Position numbers and translations under genes: made by a program. Positions 27,220 through 34,766 of a DNA stretch of 34,766 bases are shown here, piece by piece. The DNA comes from a virus (lineage: Duplodnaviria > Caudoviricetes). Positions within the stretch are counted from its first letter, which is position 1. Each line of letters starts with the position of its first letter. Below the pieces are notes generated by a model that made no database searches, had not been told where the DNA came from, and saw only the letters and a list, made by a program, of their open reading frames with translations. The stretch covers positions 1 to 34,766 of the IMG/VR virus record IMGVR_UViG_3300022183_000025. One strand, given 5' to 3'.

Positions 27220-27981
27220 TTATTTAAGTTTTTTCTGTATTGATTTATAAACTTCTAACCCTTCATCAGTCTGAAACCAAGCAGCCATAGCTGAATATGC
27301 GTTTTCTTCAAATGGTACTGTCATAAGTTTACGACCGTTGCTAGCCCAACTAAACGTTCTTTGATCTTCGCTTAATTTTATTATTCTAGATTCTGCAGCT
27401 AATATAGCTACATTTCTTAATTGAATTTTTTCATCATTGGCTAGTTCTAAGAACAAAGCAGGATTATTTCTAGCTAATAGTAATATATCTCTTTTTATTT
27501 CTTTAGAACTCATGTTAGCCACTTTAGATCCAATCTCAACCCTTAGTATTGCTTCTGCATGGTCTATTTCTAATTCTCTAGCTATTATCATTGCATCTAC
27601 TTCTAGCTCTAGCGTATCAACACTAGATTCTGCTAGTATTTCTGGTCTGTATTCAGCATACTCTCTATCTCTTTTTGGATGATACAAAGATAAAAGTTTC
27701 TGTAAGTTCTGTTGTTCTTTTGGAACAAACAAACGACCTGATTCAAAAACAATATGACCTAACGTCGCTGTTCCTTTTTGCTCATCAACGAAAGGGCTAG
27801 ACATATTAGTAGCATATCTTAATTCTCTTTGAGATCCATTTGCTTCATCGAAAAAAAGCAAAGGAGATCTTAACGAGTGTTTTGAATTTAACCTTAATGT
27901 TAGTGGTTTTTTGTTTAATAATGTATAAAGACGATCTTTTATTTCCCAAGATTCATCTATACTAGATTTTTGTTTTGACAT
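27220..27981 (-). CDS. Hypothetical protein directly downstream of the major capsid gene
   Basis: 253-aa ORF flanked by terminators; no catalytic motif recognised. Confidence 0.6.
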   Translation of the reverse strand: MSKQKSSIDESWEIKDRLYTLLNKKPLTLRLNSKHSLRSPLLFFDEANGSQRELRYATNMSSPFVDEQKGTATLGHIVFESGRLFVPKEQQNLQKLLSLYHPKRDREYAEYRPEILAESSVDTLELEVDAMIIARELEIDHAEAILRVEIGSKVANMSSKEIKRDILLLARNNPALFLELANDEKIQLRNVAILAAESRIIKLSEDQRTFSWASNGRKLMTVPFEENAYSAMAAWFQTDEGLEVYKSIQKKLK

Positions 27982-27995
27982 AATATAATATAATA
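27976..27995 (-). promoter_or_regulatory. 20-nt translation-start-region repeat, copy at the 253-aa gene
   Basis: The - strand reads TATTATATTATATT-ATG-TCA, identical to 30770-30789. Confidence 0.55.
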
Positions 27996-28001
27996 GTTAA
28001 T

Positions 28002-28030
28002 AAAAAGCTAGAGTGCCGAAGCACCCTAGC
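28002..28030 (-). terminator. Intrinsic terminator after the major capsid gene
   Basis: On the - strand GCTAGGGTGC-TTCG-GCACTCTAGC-TTTTT: a 10-bp stem with a C(UUCG)G tetraloop. Confidence 0.92.
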
Positions 28031-28045
28031 ATAATTTTGATGTTA

Positions 28046-29587
28046 TTAAGTAGTAAACAACATAAAGTTGTTAGCCGCTTGAGTAACTAAACATCTTTCA
28101 GATAGGAAGTGAACTTCCATAGCATCTAAAGAAGATGTGTAAGCTCCACCAACTGAACCAGTAACCCATGACTTCATTCTACGATCATCAGCTTCAGAAG
28201 CTCTATATCTTACGTGTAAGAAAGGTCTTCTAATGTTTGATCCTAGCATTTGGTCATAAACTGTAGATGTTCCAGCAGGTACTAATACACCTTCGATATC
28301 TGGTGCTAAACCTCTAGTTGAAGCATCATTTAGATATTTCCAGTCAGTCTTATAGAAATCATAAGAACCTCTTCTAAATCCATCAAAACCGAAGTTCAAT
28401 GCCATTTCAGAATCGTTCTCAAATAAACCATAAGAAGCACCGCCTGAAAAACCTGCGTTTACTTCTGCTATCATGTTATCAATAGATAAAGCTAAAGATC
28501 TATTACAGAAAATCATATTTTCTTCAATAGCACCTTCAAAATCTAATTGAGCCAAGATAGTATCGAAGTCAGCCAAAGCGCCCGATCCATCACCTGTTCC
28601 TGCAAAATTTTGGTACTCATGACCTCTATCTTTAATAGCAGCGAATAAACCTTCTGTACCTTTGTCATCTGTAAAGTTACTATTTAAACCTAAACCTTTA
28701 GCAGCAGATCCAGTAGCAGCAAGCTCACCTTCAACAATTGCCATTTCTAAGTAATCTTCAAATCTTAGTCTTGTTTCAGATTCAGACTTTAAATACCATA
28801 GATATCCAGAAGTACCATCTTCAGTAGCAACTTCAACCCAACCAATTTGAGCAGCATCAGATCCATTGATCTCAAACTTATCTCTAATAATAATTGGAGA
28901 GTTAGAGTACTGTGTAAAATCTGGCTCGATAGAAGCTAATCCATCAGTGTCAGATCCTTTTTGCCAAGCAGCACCGTAAACAAATACAGCAACGGCTGAT
29001 CCAGTACCACCTGAAGAAGCGCCTTCTCCTTGGAATACACCAGATGGATTAGGATCACCAGTTAATAAACCTGAAGCAGTATAAGGAGCCACAGAAATTT
29101 CACAAGTTCTAGGAACACCAGAACCACCACCTGCATAAGCACCTGGAGCTGCGGTAACAATTACCTTCATTGATTCACCAACACCAGCACCAGTTGTACC
29201 GTTTCCGTAAACAACTAATGTTTGATTAATTTTAATCGCACATTGTTTGTTACCTACAATACCACCATTAGCTGTAACGTCTGGATCAATAGTAATTCTA
29301 ATTGTAGTACTATCAACAACTTCTGCAGTGTCATAAGAAACGTGTAATCTATTTTGTTCTGACCAAACAACCTGATCTGAAGTCATTGGCATTTCTGCGC
29401 CTACCATTCTCAAGAAACCAGAAATAGTTCTGTTTCCGTATCTTTCTACCTCTTGCTCATAGAGCTCAGGTAGATATTGTTGAGCAAAATCGTTATCACC
29501 TTCCGTGAAAGAAAGATAATTACTCGATAATGCCATTCGCTTTTGAGCGGGCTCTAAGTTAGGAGCCAATCCTGGAATTAATCCCAT
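28046..29587 (-). CDS. Major capsid protein
   Basis: Motifs QQYLPELYEQEVERYGNR, WSEQNRLH, IIRDKFEINGSD, GTEGLF and FRRGSYDFYKTDWKYLND. It follows the portal and scaffold genes and is followed by a strong terminator. Confidence 0.85.
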   Translation of the reverse strand: MGLIPGLAPNLEPAQKRMALSSNYLSFTEGDNDFAQQYLPELYEQEVERYGNRTISGFLRMVGAEMPMTSDQVVWSEQNRLHVSYDTAEVVDSTTIRITIDPDVTANGGIVGNKQCAIKINQTLVVYGNGTTGAGVGESMKVIVTAAPGAYAGGGSGVPRTCEISVAPYTASGLLTGDPNPSGVFQGEGASSGGTGSAVAVFVYGAAWQKGSDTDGLASIEPDFTQYSNSPIIIRDKFEINGSDAAQIGWVEVATEDGTSGYLWYLKSESETRLRFEDYLEMAIVEGELAATGSAAKGLGLNSNFTDDKGTEGLFAAIKDRGHEYQNFAGTGDGSGALADFDTILAQLDFEGAIEENMIFCNRSLALSIDNMIAEVNAGFSGGASYGLFENDSEMALNFGFDGFRRGSYDFYKTDWKYLNDASTRGLAPDIEGVLVPAGTSTVYDQMLGSNIRRPFLHVRYRASEADDRRMKSWVTGSVGGAYTSSLDAMEVHFLSERCLVTQAANNFMLFTT

Positions 29588-29605
29588 ATTTTCTAAATTT
29601 TAATT

Positions 29606-30775
29606 TTATGTTCGTTTTTTAAATTTTAATTTAGAGGAGTCCGCGCCAGTAATAGCCTTAACTTTTAAACCATTAATATAAACATCACCAGAAGCTGTTG
29701 CTCTAGGCTTGCCATCTTGGATATTTTTGGATTTAGCCATAATATCTTTTGTAGCATCAGCTCTACCTTGTTCATAAAAGTGACTTACTAAGTTATCAGA
29801 ATTACCTGCTGCATAAATAGCCTTGTGATAACCAGCGTAATCTTTCACACTACCATCATCATTCAAGAACTTCTTAAATACAGATTGTAAATTTGTTTGT
29901 TGATCTGCGGTTTGGCTTGGGTCATTTAATTTGTAATTAAACTTTTTTTCTCCAACGTCAAATTTAAATCCATTAAATTCATTTTTGAAAAAATTATGAG
30001 TTTTATCTTTAAACGTCCCATGCATTTTTGTTTGCCTATCTTGGCTCTCTCTATATGTATTTACAAAATCTAAAGCAGCTTCGTATTCTTCATTAGGAGC
30101 ATTGTTATTAGTCTTCAACTTGATTTCCTTATAATACTCTTGTTTTGATTTTTCAAGCTCACTTTTAGCTTTTGCAATTTCTTCTTTGTATGCTAGTTGT
30201 TTCTTTTTTACAGTTCTAGCATCTTCCTCTTCTTCATTCCATGAAAAACTATCTTCTAATATAAATTCTATTTCTTCTTGGTTCAGATGAGGTTTAGTCT
30301 TTTTATAATACTCTCTTAATACTTGACTATCGTTTAAAGAACTGTAGTCTTTATTTAGATTAATATAATCCTCCATTGACCCTCCAGTTTCATTCATAAA
30401 CTTAACTAAGTCTTGTAGGTTTTCTGGAACTTGTGCTTGAGGTTTTATTTCTTTTTTAATTTCAGGCATAGCAGATGTTGTTTCTACTATTTCTTCTATT
30501 GTAGATTCTTCTACCGCTTCAACCTCTTTGGTAGGTTCTTGTTCGGCGCGTGCTTGTTCCAAGTCTTGCAATTCTACTTTGGTTTCTTCCTTTGTTTCTT
30601 TGCTTTGCTCATCAGACTGTAGCTCAACTTTCGTTGTTTCTGGCTCTTGAACGGCATCTTTTTTTTCTTCTTGTAAATCTACTTTTACTGTGTTTTGTTT
30701 TTCTACTAGTTTTTTAGGCCTTCCAGGTTTTTTCTTCACCTTGAACTCGCCTTCTTGTTTCACTTGTTCTGACAT
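29606..30775 (-). CDS. Putative scaffolding/head assembly protein
   Basis: Acidic low-complexity N-terminal half and helical C-terminal half, located between the portal and major capsid genes. Confidence 0.6.
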   Translation of the reverse strand: MSEQVKQEGEFKVKKKPGRPKKLVEKQNTVKVDLQEEKKDAVQEPETTKVELQSDEQSKETKEETKVELQDLEQARAEQEPTKEVEAVEESTIEEIVETTSAMPEIKKEIKPQAQVPENLQDLVKFMNETGGSMEDYINLNKDYSSLNDSQVLREYYKKTKPHLNQEEIEFILEDSFSWNEEEEDARTVKKKQLAYKEEIAKAKSELEKSKQEYYKEIKLKTNNNAPNEEYEAALDFVNTYRESQDRQTKMHGTFKDKTHNFFKNEFNGFKFDVGEKKFNYKLNDPSQTADQQTNLQSVFKKFLNDDGSVKDYAGYHKAIYAAGNSDNLVSHFYEQGRADATKDIMAKSKNIQDGKPRATASGDVYINGLKVKAITGADSSKLKFKKRT

Positions 30776-30789
30776 AATATAATATAATA
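30770..30789 (-). promoter_or_regulatory. 20-nt translation-start-region repeat, copy at the scaffold gene
   Basis: The - strand reads TATTATATTATATT-ATG-TCA, identical to 27976-27995. Confidence 0.55.
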
Positions 30790-30797
30790 ATTAATAA

Positions 30798-33209
30798 TTA
30801 AGTAGGCATAAAGTCACCTGCTGTTAAAGGCGTTTGACCCATACCACTTCCTTTTTCAAAATCTACTGGTGCACTATCGTTATTTCTTTGTGCTATCATT
30901 TGACTTTGTTGTGTTCCTTGTATTCTTGTTCTTTGATCTTTTCTTTGCTCGATCATGTCTTCTTTATCCTTGTCTTTTTGTATCTTAGCTTGTTCTATTT
31001 GCATAGCAAAACCATGATTAACTTCAGCCATTTTTATTTGATGGTTTAGTTCAATTTGCATTTTTTGAATTTCCAACTCTGTTTTTACTTTTTCTAATTG
31101 AGACTGGGTTTCCACTAATGCTTGTTGTTTTTGAACTTCAGACATTGCTTCTTGCTCTCTCGCTTGAGCCTGAGCCTGAGCTTGAGATTGAGCTATTTGC
31201 TCTTGCATTTTTTGATCTGCTTGCGCTTTCTTTTTTCTTCTAAATTTAAGAAACTGATTAGCTAACTTTAAATTTTTAACTTCTCTTATATCAATAGCAT
31301 CTTCTAAATATATTTGATTATTCTTTAATGCTATTTGTATATTTTGCTCAAGCATTGCTTTTTCTTCTTCGTCTGGTTCAAGGTTTATAAATATACCAAA
31401 ATCGTGTATATTTATTTTAGATAGTTCCTCTAATGTAGCTGTATTGTATTCAGATATACTGTTCATTAAAGCTTGTTTAGTAGTTGGGAAAGCTAATGAA
31501 TCAGCAACTCTTAAGGATATGTTTTCACAAGTTCTAACAGTTAAATACAAACTACCTTGTAGTATATGTCTTGTAGCTGTATTACTGTTTGCGGCAGCTA
31601 ATTTTTGTAAACCAACTAATGAATCTTTATCAGGCGTACTAGCATCTCTAGCTTCATTTAAACCAGTTACATCTCTTATCATTTGTAAATAGTAGTTGTA
31701 AGTTTGAATAAGGCTCTGGATTTTACCCATACCGCTAGAACTACTTAATTCTTGTATAGGAACTTTACCTCTATTAGCATCACCTTCCTGTGTAAGACTT
31801 CTACCTACAACACTACCTGTTTGGAAGTACATGTTCAGTGCTTCTCTTGGATTATAGTTAGTTCCATTTCCAAGATCTACTTCAGCTAGTCCATCAACGT
31901 CTAAGTATACACCATCAGGTACTATACGTGACATAACTTGTTGCAGTTTTAAATGCGTAAGTTGAATCATATCCGCGAATCCAGTAACTCTATTGACTAA
32001 AGAATCGATACGACCCTTATATAAGCGTGGAGCACAGATGTTGTAATTCATATTAACTTTTACAGTATCTGAAACTGGTCTAGTCATGTTCTCAGCTAAA
32101 TTCCATTTAAGCATCATCTCATGACCTAATATTTTAGCACCACTATATAATACCTCTATTGATCTATATTCTTTTTTGAAATTAGGATTATCTGGGGCTT
32201 CTAAAAATGTATCTTGTTTTTCTAGTACTTTTTCTAAACCAGTGCTAGTTTCCTTTAACTTAAACACTTGGTTTGTAAAAGTTTTATATTCAAAATATAA
32301 TACTTGTATAATATTATCGTCTCTTCTACCGTTCCAGTTTCTAGTATAGTTTTGATTTCCTGGGTATTTTTGTATCTCTTCTAGTTCTTTAGGAGTTAAA
32401 TGTGGGAACTCTTTTTTAAGTTCTGATAAACTAACACCTTTTACTTCTCCTACATACCACATGTCCTCAAAGTTAGGGTCTTCAGTATATGACCAAATTA
32501 GGTTGGCTGGATCAACGTAATCTACAGTTACACCTTCAGATCTATTCCAGTTAGTTTTTACAGCACCAATACCTAAGACTGTTAAGTCGTAATTAACTCT
32601 TTGTCTAGTTAGCTCATATTTATTATAATCTAACACTTGATTTATAACTTCTTCTTCAGCTACTTCTACACTTTGTTTAAAATCCATTTGCATATGCACA
32701 GCCAACTCCTCTTTGTCTTGTGGAGCCGCGCTTGGATCGCTACTATTAAAAGCATTTACACCTAAAGTCTTTTGTAAATTATCTAAGAATTGTTTAGCAT
32801 TTATGTCAGTCAATAAGCCTTGAGCATACTCAGTTCTTTGCTTATTTGAAACTGGATCTTGAGCATAAGCATTAATATCATAAGTTCTTTGACTAATACC
32901 ATTTACAACTATGTCTACAAACTTAGACAATATAGGTACGGGTTTCCAATCTAAATTTAAGTATGATAAATCCCCATCAATAGCTAGTTCGTCTTTATAT
33001 TTTTGTATTGGCTGCTCACCTCTAGCGTATAATCTAAGCATGTGGAAGTTCTGGTAGTTTTCGTGGAATTGATCTCTACCTCTTCCTGCCCAGAACCAAT
33101 CTCCTTCAATAGCTCTGCCTACTTGAAGACCATACTCCCACGTTGCTTTTTCTGCATCTGGTACTACCTGGTCCGGAAAAGCGCTTTGTGAATTAGTATA
33201 AACTTTCAT
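30798..33209 (-). CDS. Portal protein
   Basis: 803 aa directly after TerL. Motifs LRLYARGEQ, LDWKPVPILSKFVDIVVNG and IRDVTGLNEARD, with a long Q-rich C-terminal coiled coil. Confidence 0.85.
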   Translation of the reverse strand: MKVYTNSQSAFPDQVVPDAEKATWEYGLQVGRAIEGDWFWAGRGRDQFHENYQNFHMLRLYARGEQPIQKYKDELAIDGDLSYLNLDWKPVPILSKFVDIVVNGISQRTYDINAYAQDPVSNKQRTEYAQGLLTDINAKQFLDNLQKTLGVNAFNSSDPSAAPQDKEELAVHMQMDFKQSVEVAEEEVINQVLDYNKYELTRQRVNYDLTVLGIGAVKTNWNRSEGVTVDYVDPANLIWSYTEDPNFEDMWYVGEVKGVSLSELKKEFPHLTPKELEEIQKYPGNQNYTRNWNGRRDDNIIQVLYFEYKTFTNQVFKLKETSTGLEKVLEKQDTFLEAPDNPNFKKEYRSIEVLYSGAKILGHEMMLKWNLAENMTRPVSDTVKVNMNYNICAPRLYKGRIDSLVNRVTGFADMIQLTHLKLQQVMSRIVPDGVYLDVDGLAEVDLGNGTNYNPREALNMYFQTGSVVGRSLTQEGDANRGKVPIQELSSSSGMGKIQSLIQTYNYYLQMIRDVTGLNEARDASTPDKDSLVGLQKLAAANSNTATRHILQGSLYLTVRTCENISLRVADSLAFPTTKQALMNSISEYNTATLEELSKINIHDFGIFINLEPDEEEKAMLEQNIQIALKNNQIYLEDAIDIREVKNLKLANQFLKFRRKKKAQADQKMQEQIAQSQAQAQAQAREQEAMSEVQKQQALVETQSQLEKVKTELEIQKMQIELNHQIKMAEVNHGFAMQIEQAKIQKDKDKEDMIEQRKDQRTRIQGTQQSQMIAQRNNDSAPVDFEKGSGMGQTPLTAGDFMPT

Positions 33210-34766
33210 TTGTATCTTTTATTTTTGATGTTAAACCGCTATTGTCGTAATTAGTCATATTTAAACTTATTTTTTTAACTGATGTTTGGCTATTAGGTGC
33301 ATATTTGTTTTTATTACAAGCCATTATAGCTAAACCAGAACTAATAGAGGCATCATGTTTAGTTCTATTATTTATATTAAATTTAGCCCAATCTTCTAAT
33401 GTTTTTTGAAAATACATACTACTGTATGAATCCTCAAGTAATCCAACGTGTTGTTCTATATAATATTCTATCGCAGCAGCGTGAGCCTGCTTAATATCCT
33501 CGCTAGTGTTAGGTATGCCACCTATTTCTCTTTCTGCTGGTGATAATTTATTCCATACTTTGTCAGGCCGATTCATGCTAAAACCTCTATATCCTCTACG
33601 CCTTATATAATACAATAATCTTGGTTTATTATTTTCAGCAAGTATTGGCATGCCATAAAATACTAAAGCCATAAGTACATCTTCAAAAAATATATCAGCC
33701 GTTTGTGGTCTAGCTATATACTCTAAAAAAAAATGATTAGGTGGCGCATCTTCCATTGAAAACTTAGTTAAACCATGAAGTGATCCTTTTGATCCTTTGC
33801 CATCAACTGTTCCAGATATATCATAACTATCACAACCAAAAGCTCCAACGTGTTCATTGCCAGGGTGCTTAACACCATTTTTTATAATCACTCTATTTTG
33901 AAGATTTTTAGGTGGAACCCAAGAAATTAAAAATCTACCGTCTTTATTAGGATAGAATATTACATTAGTATCTTTAAGTCCATTTTCCCACATGAAACTA
34001 CCTCTTGTAACTCCTTGTGTTCTTATAACCTCTTGATTGTAATCAATTTGTTCGTATATTTTAGTTAAGTTAAATATACTATTTTTAGTCTCATCTCTAA
34101 AAGCATGTTGTTCTGTACGTGGAAACTGCCTATAGTATTCATTTAAACTATCGCTATCGCTTTTTAATCCTTCAACTTCATTTTCCCAATGCTCTATAAC
34201 TCCGATTGTAATTGGAGTATTATCAATTCCGAATATTTTATCCTTTGGCGTAGTGAATACAGGTGATCCAAAAGTATCCATGAATCCTTCGTAGTTCCAC
34301 TCCATAGGTATGAATAAGTTATAGAGTCCAGAGCTTGTTTGTCCGTTTCTATTTCTTTTTGTAACGTCTGAATTGTAGTATAATTTTTTGAAGTTTTCTC
34401 CACCTTTATCTAAAGCGTTTGAAGTTGAGCCCATCATACATTTACCTACTATTCTTGATCCTAGCCTTAACGTAGTTTTTGTAACTCTCCAGTTATTTAA
34501 TATGTTATCAGGTCTTTCCCATTTACCACTCTCATCATGCGCTAATATTTTTAGCTTTTCACCATCGTAAGAGTTATCGCCTGTGTTCTTCCAATCTATT
34601 GTTGTATCTAATCCTTCTAGCTCAGCTAGTTTAACATTATCATCTAGTTTACGTCTAGTAAGTTTTGAAGCTGGGACTCTATATGCCAGTTCGGTCTTAG
34701 GACGATCCATACCATCCTGGATCGGCTTGAAGAAAAACGGATAGTTAACGGATATCGGGACAACTT
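33193..34766 (-). CDS. terL: Terminase large subunit, 5'-truncated by the window edge
   Basis: The frame stays open past 34710 to the window end (..VVPISVNYPFFFKPIQDGMDRPK). Walker B LAHDESGK, coupling motif GSTSN and RNase H-like nuclease motifs GCDSYD, ENNK and HDASIS. Confidence 0.9.
   Translation of the reverse strand, partial: VVPISVNYPFFFKPIQDGMDRPKTELAYRVPASKLTRRKLDDNVKLAELEGLDTTIDWKNTGDNSYDGEKLKILAHDESGKWERPDNILNNWRVTKTTLRLGSRIVGKCMMGSTSNALDKGGENFKKLYYNSDVTKRNRNGQTSSGLYNLFIPMEWNYEGFMDTFGSPVFTTPKDKIFGIDNTPITIGVIEHWENEVEGLKSDSDSLNEYYRQFPRTEQHAFRDETKNSIFNLTKIYEQIDYNQEVIRTQGVTRGSFMWENGLKDTNVIFYPNKDGRFLISWVPPKNLQNRVIIKNGVKHPGNEHVGAFGCDSYDISGTVDGKGSKGSLHGLTKFSMEDAPPNHFFLEYIARPQTADIFFEDVLMALVFYGMPILAENNKPRLLYYIRRRGYRGFSMNRPDKVWNKLSPAEREIGGIPNTSEDIKQAHAAAIEYYIEQHVGLLEDSYSSMYFQKTLEDWAKFNINNRTKHDASISSGLAIMACNKNKYAPNSQTSVKKISLNMTNYDNSGLTSKIKDTNESLY

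Noticed and set aside
6264-34570. Short + strand ORFs antisense to the structural genes (e.g. 6264-6521, 6431-6652, 11111-11554, 30431-30622) and the nested - ORF 34194-34403
   Set aside because: They overlap well-supported genes and have shadow-ORF composition with no motifs.
1-34766. Stop-codon reassignment as seen in some crAss-like phages
   Set aside because: Long intact ORFs tile the window under the standard code, and TAG (6907-6909) and TGA (1234-1236) serve as apparent stops.
1-34766. CRISPR array, tRNA, intron/intein, integrase or DGR
   Set aside because: Intergenic gaps are too short for arrays or tRNAs, RNR and TerL show no obvious insertions, and no recombinase or reverse transcriptase motifs were seen by eye.

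Overview
This window is an AT-rich, gene-dense piece of a lytic dsDNA podophage genome. It resembles crAss-like/Cellulophaga-Flavobacterium phages, so the host is probably a Bacteroidota; this is inferred from gene order and protein motifs. Two arms converge on a bidirectional terminator at ~5510-5538. The + arm (1-5508) is a nucleotide-metabolism block: a 5'-truncated thymidylate-synthase-fold enzyme, a GIY-YIG-like/MazG fusion, a second MazG-like protein, a T7 endonuclease I-like resolvase, a class II (B12) ribonucleotide reductase, a SAM methyltransferase and a GT-A glycosyltransferase. The - arm (34766-5571) is the virion block: TerL (truncated), portal, scaffold-like protein, major capsid, ring/adaptor proteins, a split tail-stabilisation protein, three putative ejected proteins including a 3340-aa polyvalent protein, small membrane and basic proteins, and a second GT-A glycosyltransferase. 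Two candidates stand out. (1) A cytosine hypermodification pathway: the TS-fold enzyme has the dCMP-type signature RSNDxxxGFxND (Asp where ThyA has Asn) and sits near two NTP-pyrophosphatases, two glycosyltransferases and a small-molecule methyltransferase. (2) The giant ejected protein appears to carry a zincin protease, a sigma70 region-2-like segment and an intact HAD phosphatase, at the locus where crAss-like phages encode a virion RNA polymerase. All assignments come from reading motifs by eye; no database searches were run.
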